Positions 1-12,659 of a DNA stretch of 64,000 nt are shown piece after piece. The notes below the pieces were generated by a model. That model was given only the letters and a program-made list of their open reading frames with translations, was not told where the DNA came from and did no database searches. Both the position numbers and the translations under genes were made by a program. The first letter of the stretch is position 1, and each line of letters starts with the position of its first letter. Origin of the DNA: Eledone cirrhosa (lineage: Eukaryota); the NCBI GenBank assembly GCA_964016885.1, contig OZ024743.1:97588001-97652000 (forward strand). Direction: 5' to 3'.

Positions 1-143
1 TGAAGATATAAAAGAAGCAGAACCGAAAACCAATCAAATAGTGAGTGTGTCTGTTGTTATTTCTGGCAATATTATTACAACAATATGACCCTCCCCAAGT
101 ATAACCACACATATATATATATATGTGTGTGTGTGTATGTATG

Positions 144-192
<49 letters not shown>

Positions 193-939
193 GTGTGTGT
201 ATATATATATATGTGTGTGTGTGTGTATATATATATATATACAAATATATACAAATATTTGTGTGTATGTCTGCGTATGTGTGTATGCATGTGTGTATGT
301 GTGTATGTGTGCGTTTATGTGTGTGTTTGCCCGCACGTGCGCACTTCTGGTGTTGGTATGTATGGGGTGTGTAGACACAAACCCCTTAAACTAAAAGTAG
401 TAAACTACACACCTACAATAAAAACAGCAACAATACGAAGGAATAGGACAGGGAAGGGAGAGGTAATGTAAAGGGAGAACAGGAAGAGATAATACCTACG
501 ACTCTTAACTTGTCCCGCCACCAAATTTCCTGACTTCGTCTTTCCACATGAAGTCGTTGTCTCCCTTCACTAGCCATCTTCTGCCATCGACCTTTACATA
601 GCAAACACGTAATCACACAAGTGCACACAGATTCAGACTTATACACACACATACAACAATGACGGGGAAACAATACATACATCAAAGCACGAGGAGCGTG
701 CCTGCGCACATGGACACAGATATCGCGAGAGATCGTTCGTGACTATAAGTCGATTGGCCACAGCTCCCCCACTCACCAAGTAGTTCACTGTGAACAATAT
801 CTTCATCCACATCCCCATGATAAACGATTTGGATAGATCCATGTTGCTTCCATGTTGGCGTAATGCAAAATGGGAAATATACATAGTGCATACCAGCGTT
901 ACTAAGTCATAAGAGAAATATATATATAGGTATATATAC

Positions 940-1017
<78 letters not shown>

Positions 1018-1032
1018 GTAATATATATATAG

Positions 1033-1088
<56 letters not shown>

Positions 1089-1115
1089 ATATATATATAT
1101 ATATAGTAATAATAA

Positions 1116-1176
<61 letters not shown>

Positions 1177-2700
1177 CACCTCCTCTTCATGGACGATCTT
1201 AAGCTCTTCGGAAAGAGTGAGAAGGAGTTGGATGTGCTTGTTGACACTGTCCGTATTTTCAGCAATGATATATGTGTGCAGTTTGGTATTAGTAAGTGTG
1301 GAGTCATTGTGATGAGGAGGGGTAAGTTGAGCAGAAGTAACGGAATCCAGATACCAACAGGTGAGAGGATAAAGGAAATTGACTCTGAGGAAGGATACAA
1401 GTATTTGGGCGTTCTGGAGGCTGATGGCATAAAGAACAAAAAAATGAAGGAATTGTTAAGAACTGAATACATTCAGAGAGTAAGGAACATATTGAAGTCA
1501 CATCTAAACAGCAGAAATGCCATAAGCGCAGTAAATTCCCGAGCTGTGTCTATTATTAGGTACAGTGCGGGAATTCTGAGATGGAATGTTGCTGAACAAA
1601 AAGAAATGGATAGGAAGACTAAGAAGCTATTGACTATCTACAACATGTTCCACAAGAGGAGTGATGTCGATAGACTCTACCTAAGGAGATCTGAGGGTGG
1701 AAGAGGTCTTATCAGCATAGAGGACTGTGTTCAGATGGAGAAAAACAACCTACACAAATACGTGACTGATAGTAAGGAGCCAATGCTCAGAACTGTACTG
1801 AAGGAGGGGACAATAGGCCAGGGGATGTCCAAGGAGTAAATAATATCAAGGAGAAAGAGCAGCCTTCAGGAAAAATCCCTTCATAGTACCTTCTTTGAGA
1901 ACACTGAATTTAGAGACCCACAGACATGGAACTAGTTGAGAAGAGGAGACCTTAAAAAGGCTACAGAAGGAATGTTAATGGCTGCGCAGGAGCAGGCCCA
2001 CAAAACGAAGTGGTTCAAACACCATATTTACAAGGAGGAGGCTAGCCCTCTGTGCAGGATCTGTGGAGAGAGAGAGGAGACTGTGGCTCACATTGTATCC
2101 GAGTGTAAACACCTAGCCCAGACCCACTATAATGGCTGGAGACATGATGTGATGGGCAGGGTGATCCACTGGCACCTGTGCAAAGTAAACAATTTACCAC
2201 ATTCTGAGAAATGGTATGAGCATAAGCCAGAGGCGGTGATGGAGAACAATCAGGTGAAGGTGCTGTGGGATTTTAGGATACAGACGGACAAGAAACTGGA
2301 ACACAATAGACCTGACCTGGTGATTGTGGACAAGGAAAAAAAGATCGTGTCTGATTGTGGATGTGGCCTGCCCGTTCGACACGAGAGTGCAAGAGCAGGA
2401 GTGGGAGAAAGTTAACCGATACCAGGACTTAAAGTGGGAGGTAAAAAGGATTTGGAACTGCCATGAAGTCAAAGTGATCCCGATTGTCATAGGCGCACTG
2501 GGGACTATCTCCAAAAGTTTCCAGGGATGGTTAAAGAAAATCGGCCCCTTCACGCTTTTTGGAACGCTTCAAAAGGCATGCTTGCTGGGAACAGCAAGAA
2601 CCCTCCGATACGTCCTGAATATCTGAGGCTGCAGGTAGTGGCTTGATATTCATTCCAACGGACTTTCCGGTTAACTAACATCAATGACTGAGACTCAAGG
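1177..2700 (+). mobile_element. 5'-truncated R4/Dong-like non-LTR retrotransposon, copy A (RT C-terminus, CCHC knuckle, restriction-like endonuclease), pseudogenised
   Basis: Begins in frame at [11 protein letters not shown]. Contains YKYLGV, CRICGEREETVAHIVSEC, WRHD and RPDLVIVD...LIVDVACP...KVNRY. Stops at ~1837 and ~1933, frameshift ~2340, final stop 2626. Flanked by (TAA)n at 1107-1176 and 2703-2763. Confidence 0.9.
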
Positions 2701-2709
2701 AGTAATAAC

Positions 2710-2763
<54 letters not shown>

Positions 2764-2765
<2 letters not shown>

Positions 2766-4877
2766 TTTCATTTATTAGCCACAAGGGCCGACATGTAGGG
2801 GACAATACAAAGACATGGACAGTGGGGGTTTACAATAAAATCGAGTAAAAGTGCACAATGGCAAGATTAATTTAACAATGAAAATATAAAAATATAAAAT
2901 AAACTATGCATAAATATAACAAAATAAATTCCCCGATAGGGGGTGGACGACCCTGGGGTGATTCGGGTACCTCACCAATCCTGAACCACCCTGCGCTTCT
3001 AGGGCACCCTGGGAGAGCACCCCTCTCCTCAAGTTAGCCAGCCTATAGGCGCATGGTCAGAGTAGGCCCATTCACACGAGCCATTCTCGCCACATTCACC
3101 CACCTTTTAGCAAATGTACTGGGGGGCAGCACTTCTCTCTCACACCCTCACCCTTCTTTCCAGGTGAAACTTGATGAAGTTGATGAGGGAGTGGCCGAAG
3201 AGAAAAGTGTATGTCTTTAGTCCTTTCAACCTGGTCCACCATATAATCTCTTTCGCAACTACCACCAGACAGAGGAAAATGTCCTACTCTTCCTGACCTA
3301 AGGAAGGTGGCGGCTCGATCTTCACTATGGACTCGGCCGATAGCCGGATCCGTTCCACACGCGACAGTAGCTGTTCGACATAACTCCACAAGTCAGTAAT
3401 GCACGAATATTGGATAAGTGCGTGCAGAATGGTTTCGTCGTTCTGTGCGCATCTTGGGCAGGTCCGTCTGACAGCACTTCCGTACCTGTAGAGTTTATCC
3501 CAAACCGGTAGTGCCCCCCGGTAGCACTGCCAAGCGAGGGATTTCTGGAAATTGTCCATCGTCCCCGGCTCAAAAGTCCTCCGGTACAGAGTGGTCAGTT
3601 CGACTTCGTCGAGGCCCAAGGCTTCTCCGAGTGCGTCATCGCACTTTCCCACCACTAATCCTCTATAGAACTCGAGAGTGGAAGTTCCACTGATCGCATT
3701 GCCCGCTTGGTAGAGGGCAGTGAGTGCCTGGCAACATTCCAGGTGCCAATCCCGGTCTTTTCTTGACCCAGGACTGCAGCTCAGTCAAAGAAATGAGCTG
3801 CGGAAAGGCCCGTCTGGTAAACGGCGACCACACCTGTTCACCATTGAGGCAGAATATCTGGAGATGTCGCAGCCTCAACGCATGTCTGCGCATCATTAGC
3901 CACGGCATGCCCAGCCCTCCGCGTAGAGGGTGCTGGCAGCAGATGGACCGCCAAACCAACGGAACTTGTCCCCACCACAAGAATTTGAAGAGGAGCCGTT
4001 CCGACATGACGAGGCGCGGACGGGGGCAAGGCATGACGGTTAGGCGGTAGTAGATGACGGACGCGATGTACGCATTCGCCACCTCCGCGCGACCTTTCAG
4101 TGATAGCTTCCTCCCAGCCCATTTTTGGGTGAGACTGGCTACTCTGCTCGTTACCTCGTCCCAATTCTTTTCCACCTGGAGGTCTGGTCCGAACCAAACC
4201 CCGAGCAACTTTACCGGTCCGTCCGTCCAGCGCCCCACGACGCTGTTGGACGGCATGGGCTTGCCTTTCCAGGTTCCGAGCTGCAACCCCACCGACTTTT
4301 CCGGGTTAATTTTGGCTCCTGTCAACCTTTCATATTCCTTCAGTAAGGTGCCGACCACCTCGATTTCTGAGGTGTTCGACACCATCACGGTGATGTCGTC
4401 CGCATAAGCCGACACCGCCTTTCCACGTCCTGGTTCGAGCGGGATGCCCTGCAACAGCTCCAGCTTCCGCAGTAAAGGCTCGAGAGTTAATACGTACAGA
4501 AGGGAAGAGAGAGGGCACCCTTGACGGACCGATTCGGAGAGCCGAAATGGTTCCGAGAGGTGGCCATTAACCTTGACCACCGAGCGTGTGCCGCTGTGCA
4601 TTGCAACGATCCAGCTTCTAAAGACAGGGCCGAAGCCAGCTGCTTTGAGGATAAACTCCAGATACCGATTGTCGACCCTATCGAATGCTTTCGATTGATC
4701 TAAATTGATCAGTGCCCCGCCGAAGCCAGATTTACACCCTAACCTCTCTATGATGTATCGCATGAGGCGGAGATTGTCGTGTATGGAGTGGCTGGGATTG
4801 CGCAAATTTGCGCCTCGCCAACCAAATCCTCGACGACAAGCGCCAAGCTCTTTGCTAACACCTTGGCCAAAATCTTG
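2764..4877 (-). mobile_element. 5'-truncated L1/Tx1-like non-LTR retrotransposon (RT plus C-terminal zinc knuckle), frameshifted
   Basis: Minus-strand motifs KILAKVLA, LDQSKAFDRVD, VRQGCPLS, AYADDIT, KLLGVWF and CPRCAQNDETILHALIQ. AATAAA near the 3' end (2771-2776). GC-rich against the background. (TAA)n on both sides. Confidence 0.88.
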
Positions 4878-4893
4878 ATAATAATAATAATAA

Positions 4894-7517
4894 AACGATC
4901 TAGATTCTATAAGGAGAATAATATGTTCAAAACCAACCAAAGAAACTTCTACAGAAAAATTGGTATGTCAACAATAACTGCTAAATCAATACCACCCAAG
5001 GAGGAAGTGCCTGCATTCTGGAAAAAGATCTGGGCCGTAGAAAAAGTTCATAATATACATGCCCCATGGATAGACAGACAAATGAAAGATACAGCTCACC
5101 TTGAGGAACAAATATGGGAAAATGTAACAGTTGAACAGTTGCGTTTGGCTCTTAGAAAAACCAGCAAATGGAAATCCCCAGGAAAAGACAAAATACAAAA
5201 TTTTTTGATAAATGCCTTCACAGAGTCTCATGAGCTGTTAGCCCAACTTTACAATGAAATAGTTAAGGAGCCAGAAAAGATACCATCATGGCTAGTTAAC
5301 GGCATTACATTCCTGCTTCCGAAGAATGATGAAACAAACAATCCTAAAAATTACGAACCGATAACTTGCTTGACCACAATGTATAAAATTTTAACATCAG
5401 TCCTAACTAAATATTCATATGACCACCTGATAACAAATGACCTATTTCCCATTGAGCAGAAGGGTGTAAACGAGGTTCATATGGCTGTAAGGATCAGCTT
5501 TTGGTTAACAAAATGATACTGGAAGATTGTCATAATAGACACAAAAATCTATCAATTGCTTGGATAGATTATAAAAAGCATTCGATAGTTTGCCACACAG
5601 TTGGATTGAAAAATGTTTAGAGATTTTCAAAATATCCCCCGTTGTTAGGAGGATTTTGTCATTCAGTATGAAGACATGGAAAACGACACTCCTTTTGAAT
5701 AGTGAAACAAAATCACTGGAAGCTGGAGAAGTTAATATTAATTGTGGAATTTTTCAGGGTGACTCTTTATCACCGCTTTTATTCTGCATCGCACTTATAC
5801 CATTAAGTAAAATGCTCAATGAAACAAAACATGGATATAAAGTCTATGACAAAACCATTAATCACTTGTTCTACATGGATGACCTGAAACTATTTGCAAA
5901 CAATGATGAACAATTGCAAGGGCTATTATCCACTGTGGAGCAGTTCAGTGATGACATTAAAATGGAGTTTGGACTAGGAAAGCTGCTGAAAAGTTCAGAC
6001 ATTAATCTTGATCGAGGGAATGTGATAAGAGAACTTGATCAAGAGGAAACTTACAATATCTAGGTGTTTGTGAAGGAGACGGAATCAAGCACTCGACAAT
6101 AAGGGAAAGGATAAGGAAGGAATGTTACCGCAGAGTAAGAGCAATCTTAAGAACGGAATTGAATGCAAGGAATAGGATCGATGCCATAAACACGCTTGCC
6201 ATACCTGTAGTAACCTACAGTTACAATGCCATCAACTGGTCAAGCACAGATATCCGTAGGCTCGATACAAAAATTCGAAAATTCTTAACCATGCACAGAA
6301 TGCATCACCCTCAGGCAGATACAGATAGAATATATCTCCCTAGGAAAGAAGGAGGACATTGCGTTGAAAACTGCAACAATTGGATTATCTACATATGTAA
6401 AGGAATCACATGATTGGATGATCAAACTCGTTTTGAAACACGAAAGCATCAAAAGATCATACTCCATTACAAAAGATGCACAAAGATACAATAATGGACT
6501 ACAAATTTCAGAAGTCCCATTTACTGCTGAAATTGAAAACACAGAAAATGTAAAGCAGGTAAAAGTAACTGCAAAGAAAGAACTGCTTCAGAAACTGGCT
6601 AAGAAATGGCAAGAAAAGCCCCTGTATGGAAAATACCCAGAACGAGCTAACAATCCTGATGTTGACAAAACTTTAACCCATCAGTGGTTGGCATCCTCTG
6701 GACTGAAATCGGAAACTGAAGGACTGATTATATCAGCACAAGATCAGTGCCTGCCAACAAAAAAATTACCAACCCAACATAATAAAAAATGGATGCAGCC
6801 CATTATGCCGTGTATGTAAAAAACAACCAGAGACCATTGACTATATAATTTCAATGTGCAGTCCTATAGCTCCAACCGAATACCTAAACAGGCATGACAA
6901 AGCTGCACAATACATACATTGGATAATGTGTAAGCATTTTGACCGGCCCCATCAAAAGAATTGGTGGGAGCATCAACCAGCTCCCATACTTGAAAAAGAT
7001 CGCATCTCAATCTTGTGGAACTTTAGCATCCAAACAGACCGAAAAATAGATGCAAATAGACCTGATATAATACTGAAGGACTTTAAAAAGAGGGTATGCC
7101 TGCTAATTGATATGTCCGTTCCAATAGACAAGAATGTATCTATAAAAACATTTGAAAAATTGAGCAAGTATAAGGACCTGGAAATAGAAATTGGAAAAAT
7201 GTGGAAATTGAGAACTAAAACAATACCAGTGGTTGTAGGCGCTCTAGGAATGATACCTAAGGGGTCTAATGATTATTTATCGCAAATCCCAGGAAACCCG
7301 CGTATAGGAGAAATACAAAAGATAGTACTAATGGGAACTGCCCATATACTATGGAAGATTCTGTCAATATAAGTACATCACAAGTCTAAACACCTAAAGA
7401 TGCATGTGTGTGTATGTATGTTCTTTCTTGAACATGGCGGACCTTGTTGTCTCTTGAGGTCACTGGTTGTGACTTGGTGATAACTCGTATGAACATAAAG
7501 CAAGATAAATGCAGCTG
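4894..7517 (+). mobile_element. 5'-truncated R4/Dong-like non-LTR retrotransposon, copy B (a different family from copy A), pseudogenised
   Basis: WKSPGKD, YEPITCL, GIFQGDSLSPLLF, HLFYMDDLKLF, YLNRHD and RPDIILKD...LLIDMSVP...KLSKY spread over several frameshifted ORFs. Stop at 7372. (TAA)n at 4878-4893 and 7518-7540. Confidence 0.9.
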
Positions 7518-7693
7518 TAATAATAATAATAATAATATTAATAAATTTGATTGATTTTATTAGTTTTAGAAGATCCCGCTAAGGGTGAAAGCAGCGATTC
7601 TTTGCTTAAACTTTAAATTGTTAATTTAATATATATATATACAGAGAGAGAGAGAGGAATATACACGGGTGTGTATGATTGTGTATAGAAGAT

Positions 7694-8077
7694 TATATTA
7701 ATAAAAGAAATTCCAACTTTGTCTGATTTACTCGTTTTATTTACAATCCTTTAAAATGTATAATGGTATTAGAATGAAATAGTATGGTAGAATATTAAAT
7801 GTTAATTGTGAATTGAACAAGTACTTTCATGCTTTCGCAATCTTCAGGTTTCATACTGTGTGGTGACAGTCAAGTTTGCAATTTTCAACTGTTGAAAATT
7901 GCAAACTTGACTGTCACCACAGAATGTCAACCTGAAGATTGCGAAAGCATGAAAGTACTTGTTCAATTCACAATTAACATTTAATATTCTACCATACTAT
8001 TTCATTCTAATACCATTATAAATTTTAAAGGATTGTAAATAAAATGAGTAAATCAGTCAAAGTTGGAATTCCTTTTA

Positions 8078-8086
<9 letters not shown>
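7694..8086. mobile_element. Fold-back element, family B (~195 bp arms, 1-nt spacer)
   Basis: Near-perfect inverted repeat centred on ttcaac-t-gttgaa (~7890). Abuts (TA)n. Confidence 0.85.
7922..7969 (+). ncRNA. Type I hammerhead ribozyme fold, family B (mirror copy ~7810-7858 on -)
   Basis: GAAT-gtc-AAC CTGAAGA tTGC-gaaa-GCAt GAAA GTAC TT GTT-ca-ATTC. Intact core, GNRA-capped stem II, palindromic stem III. Confidence 0.7.
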
Positions 8087-8154
<68 letters not shown>

Positions 8155-8161
<7 letters not shown>

Positions 8162-8608
8162 ATATTAACAAATGGAAACAATATTTATAAAACCATATTT
8201 ATTTCATTATACATATTTCAAGGGCCACCTGAGCAAACTATGGTGCGCTTTCATCAGATACAATATAATATATGTTAGTTTTATGAATAAATATTGACAT
8301 ACCCTTAAAAAATGCAACCATTCTGGTTGGAATCTCCAGGAGATTCCAACCAGAATTGTTGCATTTTTTAAGGGTATGTCAATATTTATTCATAAAACTA
8401 ACATATATTATATTGTATCTGATGAAAGCGCACCATAGTTTGCTCAGGTGGCCCTTGAAATATGTATAATGAAATAAATATGGTTTTATAAATATAGTTT
8501 ACATTTGTTAATATATTGTATATTTACTCCAATAATTTGTTGAGTGCTTTATACCAGTTATAAAAATATTTTGCTTGTTGTATCCCAAAAAATTAAATAT
8601 AACCTCTA
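8155..8608. mobile_element. Fold-back element, family A, with a hammerhead fold in each arm (+ 8411-8476, - ~8200-8265)
   Basis: Inverted repeat centred on aatctcc-a-ggagatt (8338). tattgtat CTGATGA aagcgcacc..ggtggccctt GAAA tatgta TA atgaaata. Confidence 0.85.
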
Positions 8609-8625
8609 CATATATATATAGAGAG

Positions 8626-8733
8626 AGATGAAGGAATAGCATCTGAAACGTTAAGACCTCCTTCCTGCTATATCAAGCGTTAACATAATATATCCCCTCC
8701 ATAAACTGTATCGATTGTGTTATTATTTCTGTT

Positions 8734-8795
<62 letters not shown>

Positions 8796-9008
8796 AACAG
8801 AAATAATAACACAATCGATACAGTTTATGGAGGGGATATATCAGGTTAACGCTTGATATAGCAGGAAGGGGGTCTTAACGTTTCAGATGCTATTCCTTCA
8901 TCAGAAGACAGAATGAGAAATGAGATAGATTGAAGGGATGGGTGGGTTGGAATTAGAAAAAATGTCTTTAGATAATAATAGCAGGTCCATTCATGTTGAC
9001 ATCTCTTT
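8626..9008. mobile_element. Family C, two copies tail-to-tail around (TA)n; hammerhead fold on - at 8872-8909
   Basis: Minus strand: gtctt CTGATGA agg-aatagca-tct GAAA cg TT aagac. The + copy is truncated inside the core. Other copies at 18498-18710 and 47117-47270. Confidence 0.8.
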
Positions 9009-9033
9009 CATATATATATATATATATATATAT

Positions 9034-9250
9034 GTGTGTTGGTGTAAATGGTATCACAGTGGTCCGGATAACCAAAGATGTGGGTTCGACTCCCATGTAT
9101 GTCAATACTCATCGTTTTCCATTTCTCCGTGGGTTCTTAACCCCACTATCAGACTAAATAATTTCCTTAATTTCTTTAGTCAAAATACGGCGATAGCTTA
9201 CATTTCTAATAATTTCAAACCCACTCGCTGTTTCGAAAATATTCTTACAT
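9034..9250 (+). mobile_element. tRNA-derived SINE-like element, family D
   Basis: A-box-like TGGTGTAAATGG and B-box GGTTCGACTCC, followed by a body that recurs at 44957-45210. Confidence 0.6.
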
Positions 9251-9274
9251 ATATATATATATATATAACCTCCT

Positions 9275-9330
<56 letters not shown>

Positions 9331-9833
9331 CACAAAGAGAAGTGTGTTACAAAGTGAGATGTGTGTAAAGAATTATTACAAGTCAGTTTTACCGTTACTG
9401 CATAGAGAACAATATGTACAGGTTTAGCAATTAAATAGAAAAAAACTAAGTCAGAATCAAATCTCTGAATTAGAGTTTTAAATTACCAACCTCATAACTA
9501 TAAATTTGCTGATACGAATTTCGCTTCGTTTCACCACTGATATGTGCAGTATAACAGGCCACAGGATCCTCAGTCAGCAAATGTGGACACTGTTCACGAC
9601 ATATCTAATAGGGAGAAAGCTAATATACACGCTGCCCAGAGTAGGGCGAAATCACGTATTATTTGCATCAAATAACGGCTCTCATGGATTGGGGAAAATG
9701 CTAGAGAGGGCAGAATTTATTAGCTCAACAATTTGGAGCTCGTTAAGTATACAAAGATCGGAAATATTCTTCTTTGAGCTAATACTATTATTATTATCAT
9801 AGTGAACTGCGGAATACTCTTAATTCCGATCTT

Positions 9834-9913
<80 letters not shown>

Positions 9914-9939
9914 AATATATATATATATATATATAGGAA

Positions 9940-10260
<321 letters not shown>

Positions 10261-10261
10261 A

Positions 10262-11132
10262 AGTTTTATTTAAATTGTTGGGTTACAACGAGTAAATATT
10301 TATAACTGATATAAAAGCACTCAACAGCATTTGGAGTATATTTACGATATTAAATAAATGGAAACTATATTTATAAAACCATATTTATTTCATTATATTA
10401 TTTCAGGGATATCATATTAAAAATATGGTATGCCTTCTTCAGACAAAATACAATATAAACATTCATGAATACCGATATTTACATTATAATACCTAATTCA
10501 TACGAATTGATATTTTTAGATTGATGAAACATAATGTTTTAAATCTGCCTCGTTTATCTCTGGATATTTTTTGTTTCTCTCTATGTAACGGCTGTTTTCT
10601 CTCCTAACCACATATATCTCTCTCTACCTTAATACTAGAACTAAATAAATAAATAAATAAATAAATATATCATTGATACGTCATTCAACTGGTGCCCAAC
10701 TACCTATTTTCTTTCTCTCTATCTCTATCTATATCTATCTCTCTCTATTTTTTCTCTCTCTCTCTCTTCTCTCTCTCTCTATCTATCTCCCTCTGTGTTT
10801 TTTCTCTCTCTGTTTTTTCTTTACATGAATTTCTTCTCTCTATCTATCTCTCTATATCTATCTCTCACTGTTTTTCGTTGCATGCATTTCTTCTTTTTCT
10901 TCGCTTTCTTTCTTTCTTTCTTTTTATAACTGTCCCTAACATTTTTCACTACCAAATCAACTTTTTAAATGGAAGTTGAAGTTGTAAGGTATGTCAAATC
11001 TATCTATTTATAAGACTGTTTATATTGTATTTTTCTGAAGAAGGCATACCATATTTTTAATATGATATCCCTGAAATATATATAATGAAATAAATATGGT
11101 TTTATAAATATAGTTTCCATTTATTTAATATC

Positions 11133-11133
<1 letters not shown>
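10262..11133. mobile_element. Diverged family A inverted pair with a ~500 bp spacer; hammerhead folds at 11027-11092 (+) and ~10385-10450 (-)
   Basis: tattttt CTGAAGA aggcatacc..gatatccct GAAA tatata TA atgaaata. Both outer ends lie in (TA)n. Confidence 0.75.
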
Positions 11134-11187
<54 letters not shown>

Positions 11188-12594
11188 GATCTTGCTGTTT
11201 GTTACCCTCTTCATATGAGATGTCTCCTCTTGCCTTGGATTTTTAGACAGAATAAAGAGTAGTACTTTAATATACTGGAATAGTTGAATCAGCAATGATA
11301 ATTACCAGTAAAAGATCAATAAAATATATTTTAATTTGACAGATGTGAAGCTTCATATTACTGGAACCTATAAATAATTTGAAGAGTGTCGGTTAATTTA
11401 GTGATTCCCCTCTAACATTCTTTGATGTTAGCGTCTATAGTCAGTTAATTATTGAAGGGCCAGTTCAAACTGACTTACTAGTCGATAAATTAATTATAAT
11501 GGCTTATACATCATTTATCAACGAATGTTTAAGGTACAGTTTAGTAGGCTTACCGATAAATCATTTAACCTAAAGATGTCATTAAAAGCGAGTGAAAGGA
11601 CAAAATACTAGAGTGCAAGTAGAATGTTATAATCAGAATGACCTATATTTACTGTGATTAGTTTAAATAATTTCATCCTCCGCTCATTTCACCTCTGCAA
11701 AAAATTTCGTCGACCTTAAGTCATGTAAAAAATATTTTATGATAAATGAATCTAATGCTACCAGCTAAACATTTATTTTGAGTTATGATATATTTTTATT
11801 TCGTGTATTTCATAGGATTGTCATAGGATATGATGCTACTGGTATATATACTATTCTTGCACAGACTTGATATCTGTTTGAATATTAAGATTAATTTTAA
11901 ACGTTTGTTCTGTTCAATCCCAACTTAAACTCTATAGTCTTACGTAGATATATCTGGAACTCACAATATTGTGAGAAATATTTGCTGGATTGAATTGCTT
12001 CGGTTGCAAAAAATGTCTGAAACCAACTAATTTGCTACTTGAATTCAAGAGTTTTCAGTTTTCAATTTTCTGTCAGACACAGCTTTGCCATGATGGTCAG
12101 TAAATCTCAAAGTGAGCAATTTTTTTTTTTTTAGACTGAACCTGATGTATGCAGTATATTTGCTACATGGATAGCTCTCATATACTTACTTCAACAATTG
12201 ATATCCTAATGCTGTATTCTTCATAGCAGCAAACTACATGAGGAAGAATATCATTTATCCCGATATTTTTGAATGAGCATGGAAGCCAAGTTTTACAGCA
12301 ATTTGTACTTTAGATAAACTACATAAATATCTTCAGTTCGTCAGTGAAATTGATTGAAATGTCTGAAGCACTTTACTGCATGGTAATAATTTGTTGCAAT
12401 ACCTGAATATAGTTGTGTAATTCTGTTGGTATAAGGCCTACACTATAAGGAAAATCAATTAATGACTAGATGTGGTTTATATAAATGGTGAGATATAGTG
12501 AAGGTATGAGGCACAGGCAATTGTGTAAATTACTAGCGAAGAACATATGAAGATGCATATCTCTCTCCAGTCAACTCTCTATACTCTCTCACCG

Positions 12595-12659
<65 letters not shown>

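Noticed and set aside
3663-5516. Overlapping antisense ORFs 3663-4940 (-) and 4779-5516 (+) suggesting a bidirectional or fused gene
   Set aside because: Each reads by chance through the (TAA)5 junction (YYYYY / IIIII) between two separate truncated retroelements.
7694-8522. Fold-backs as assembly or amplification artefacts
   Set aside because: Arms differ by scattered substitutions and the same families recur with different junctions. Long reads would settle it.
9034-9105. tRNA gene (also 32150-32220 and 48172-48245)
   Set aside because: A and B boxes are present but no proper cloverleaf. Better explained as SINE heads.
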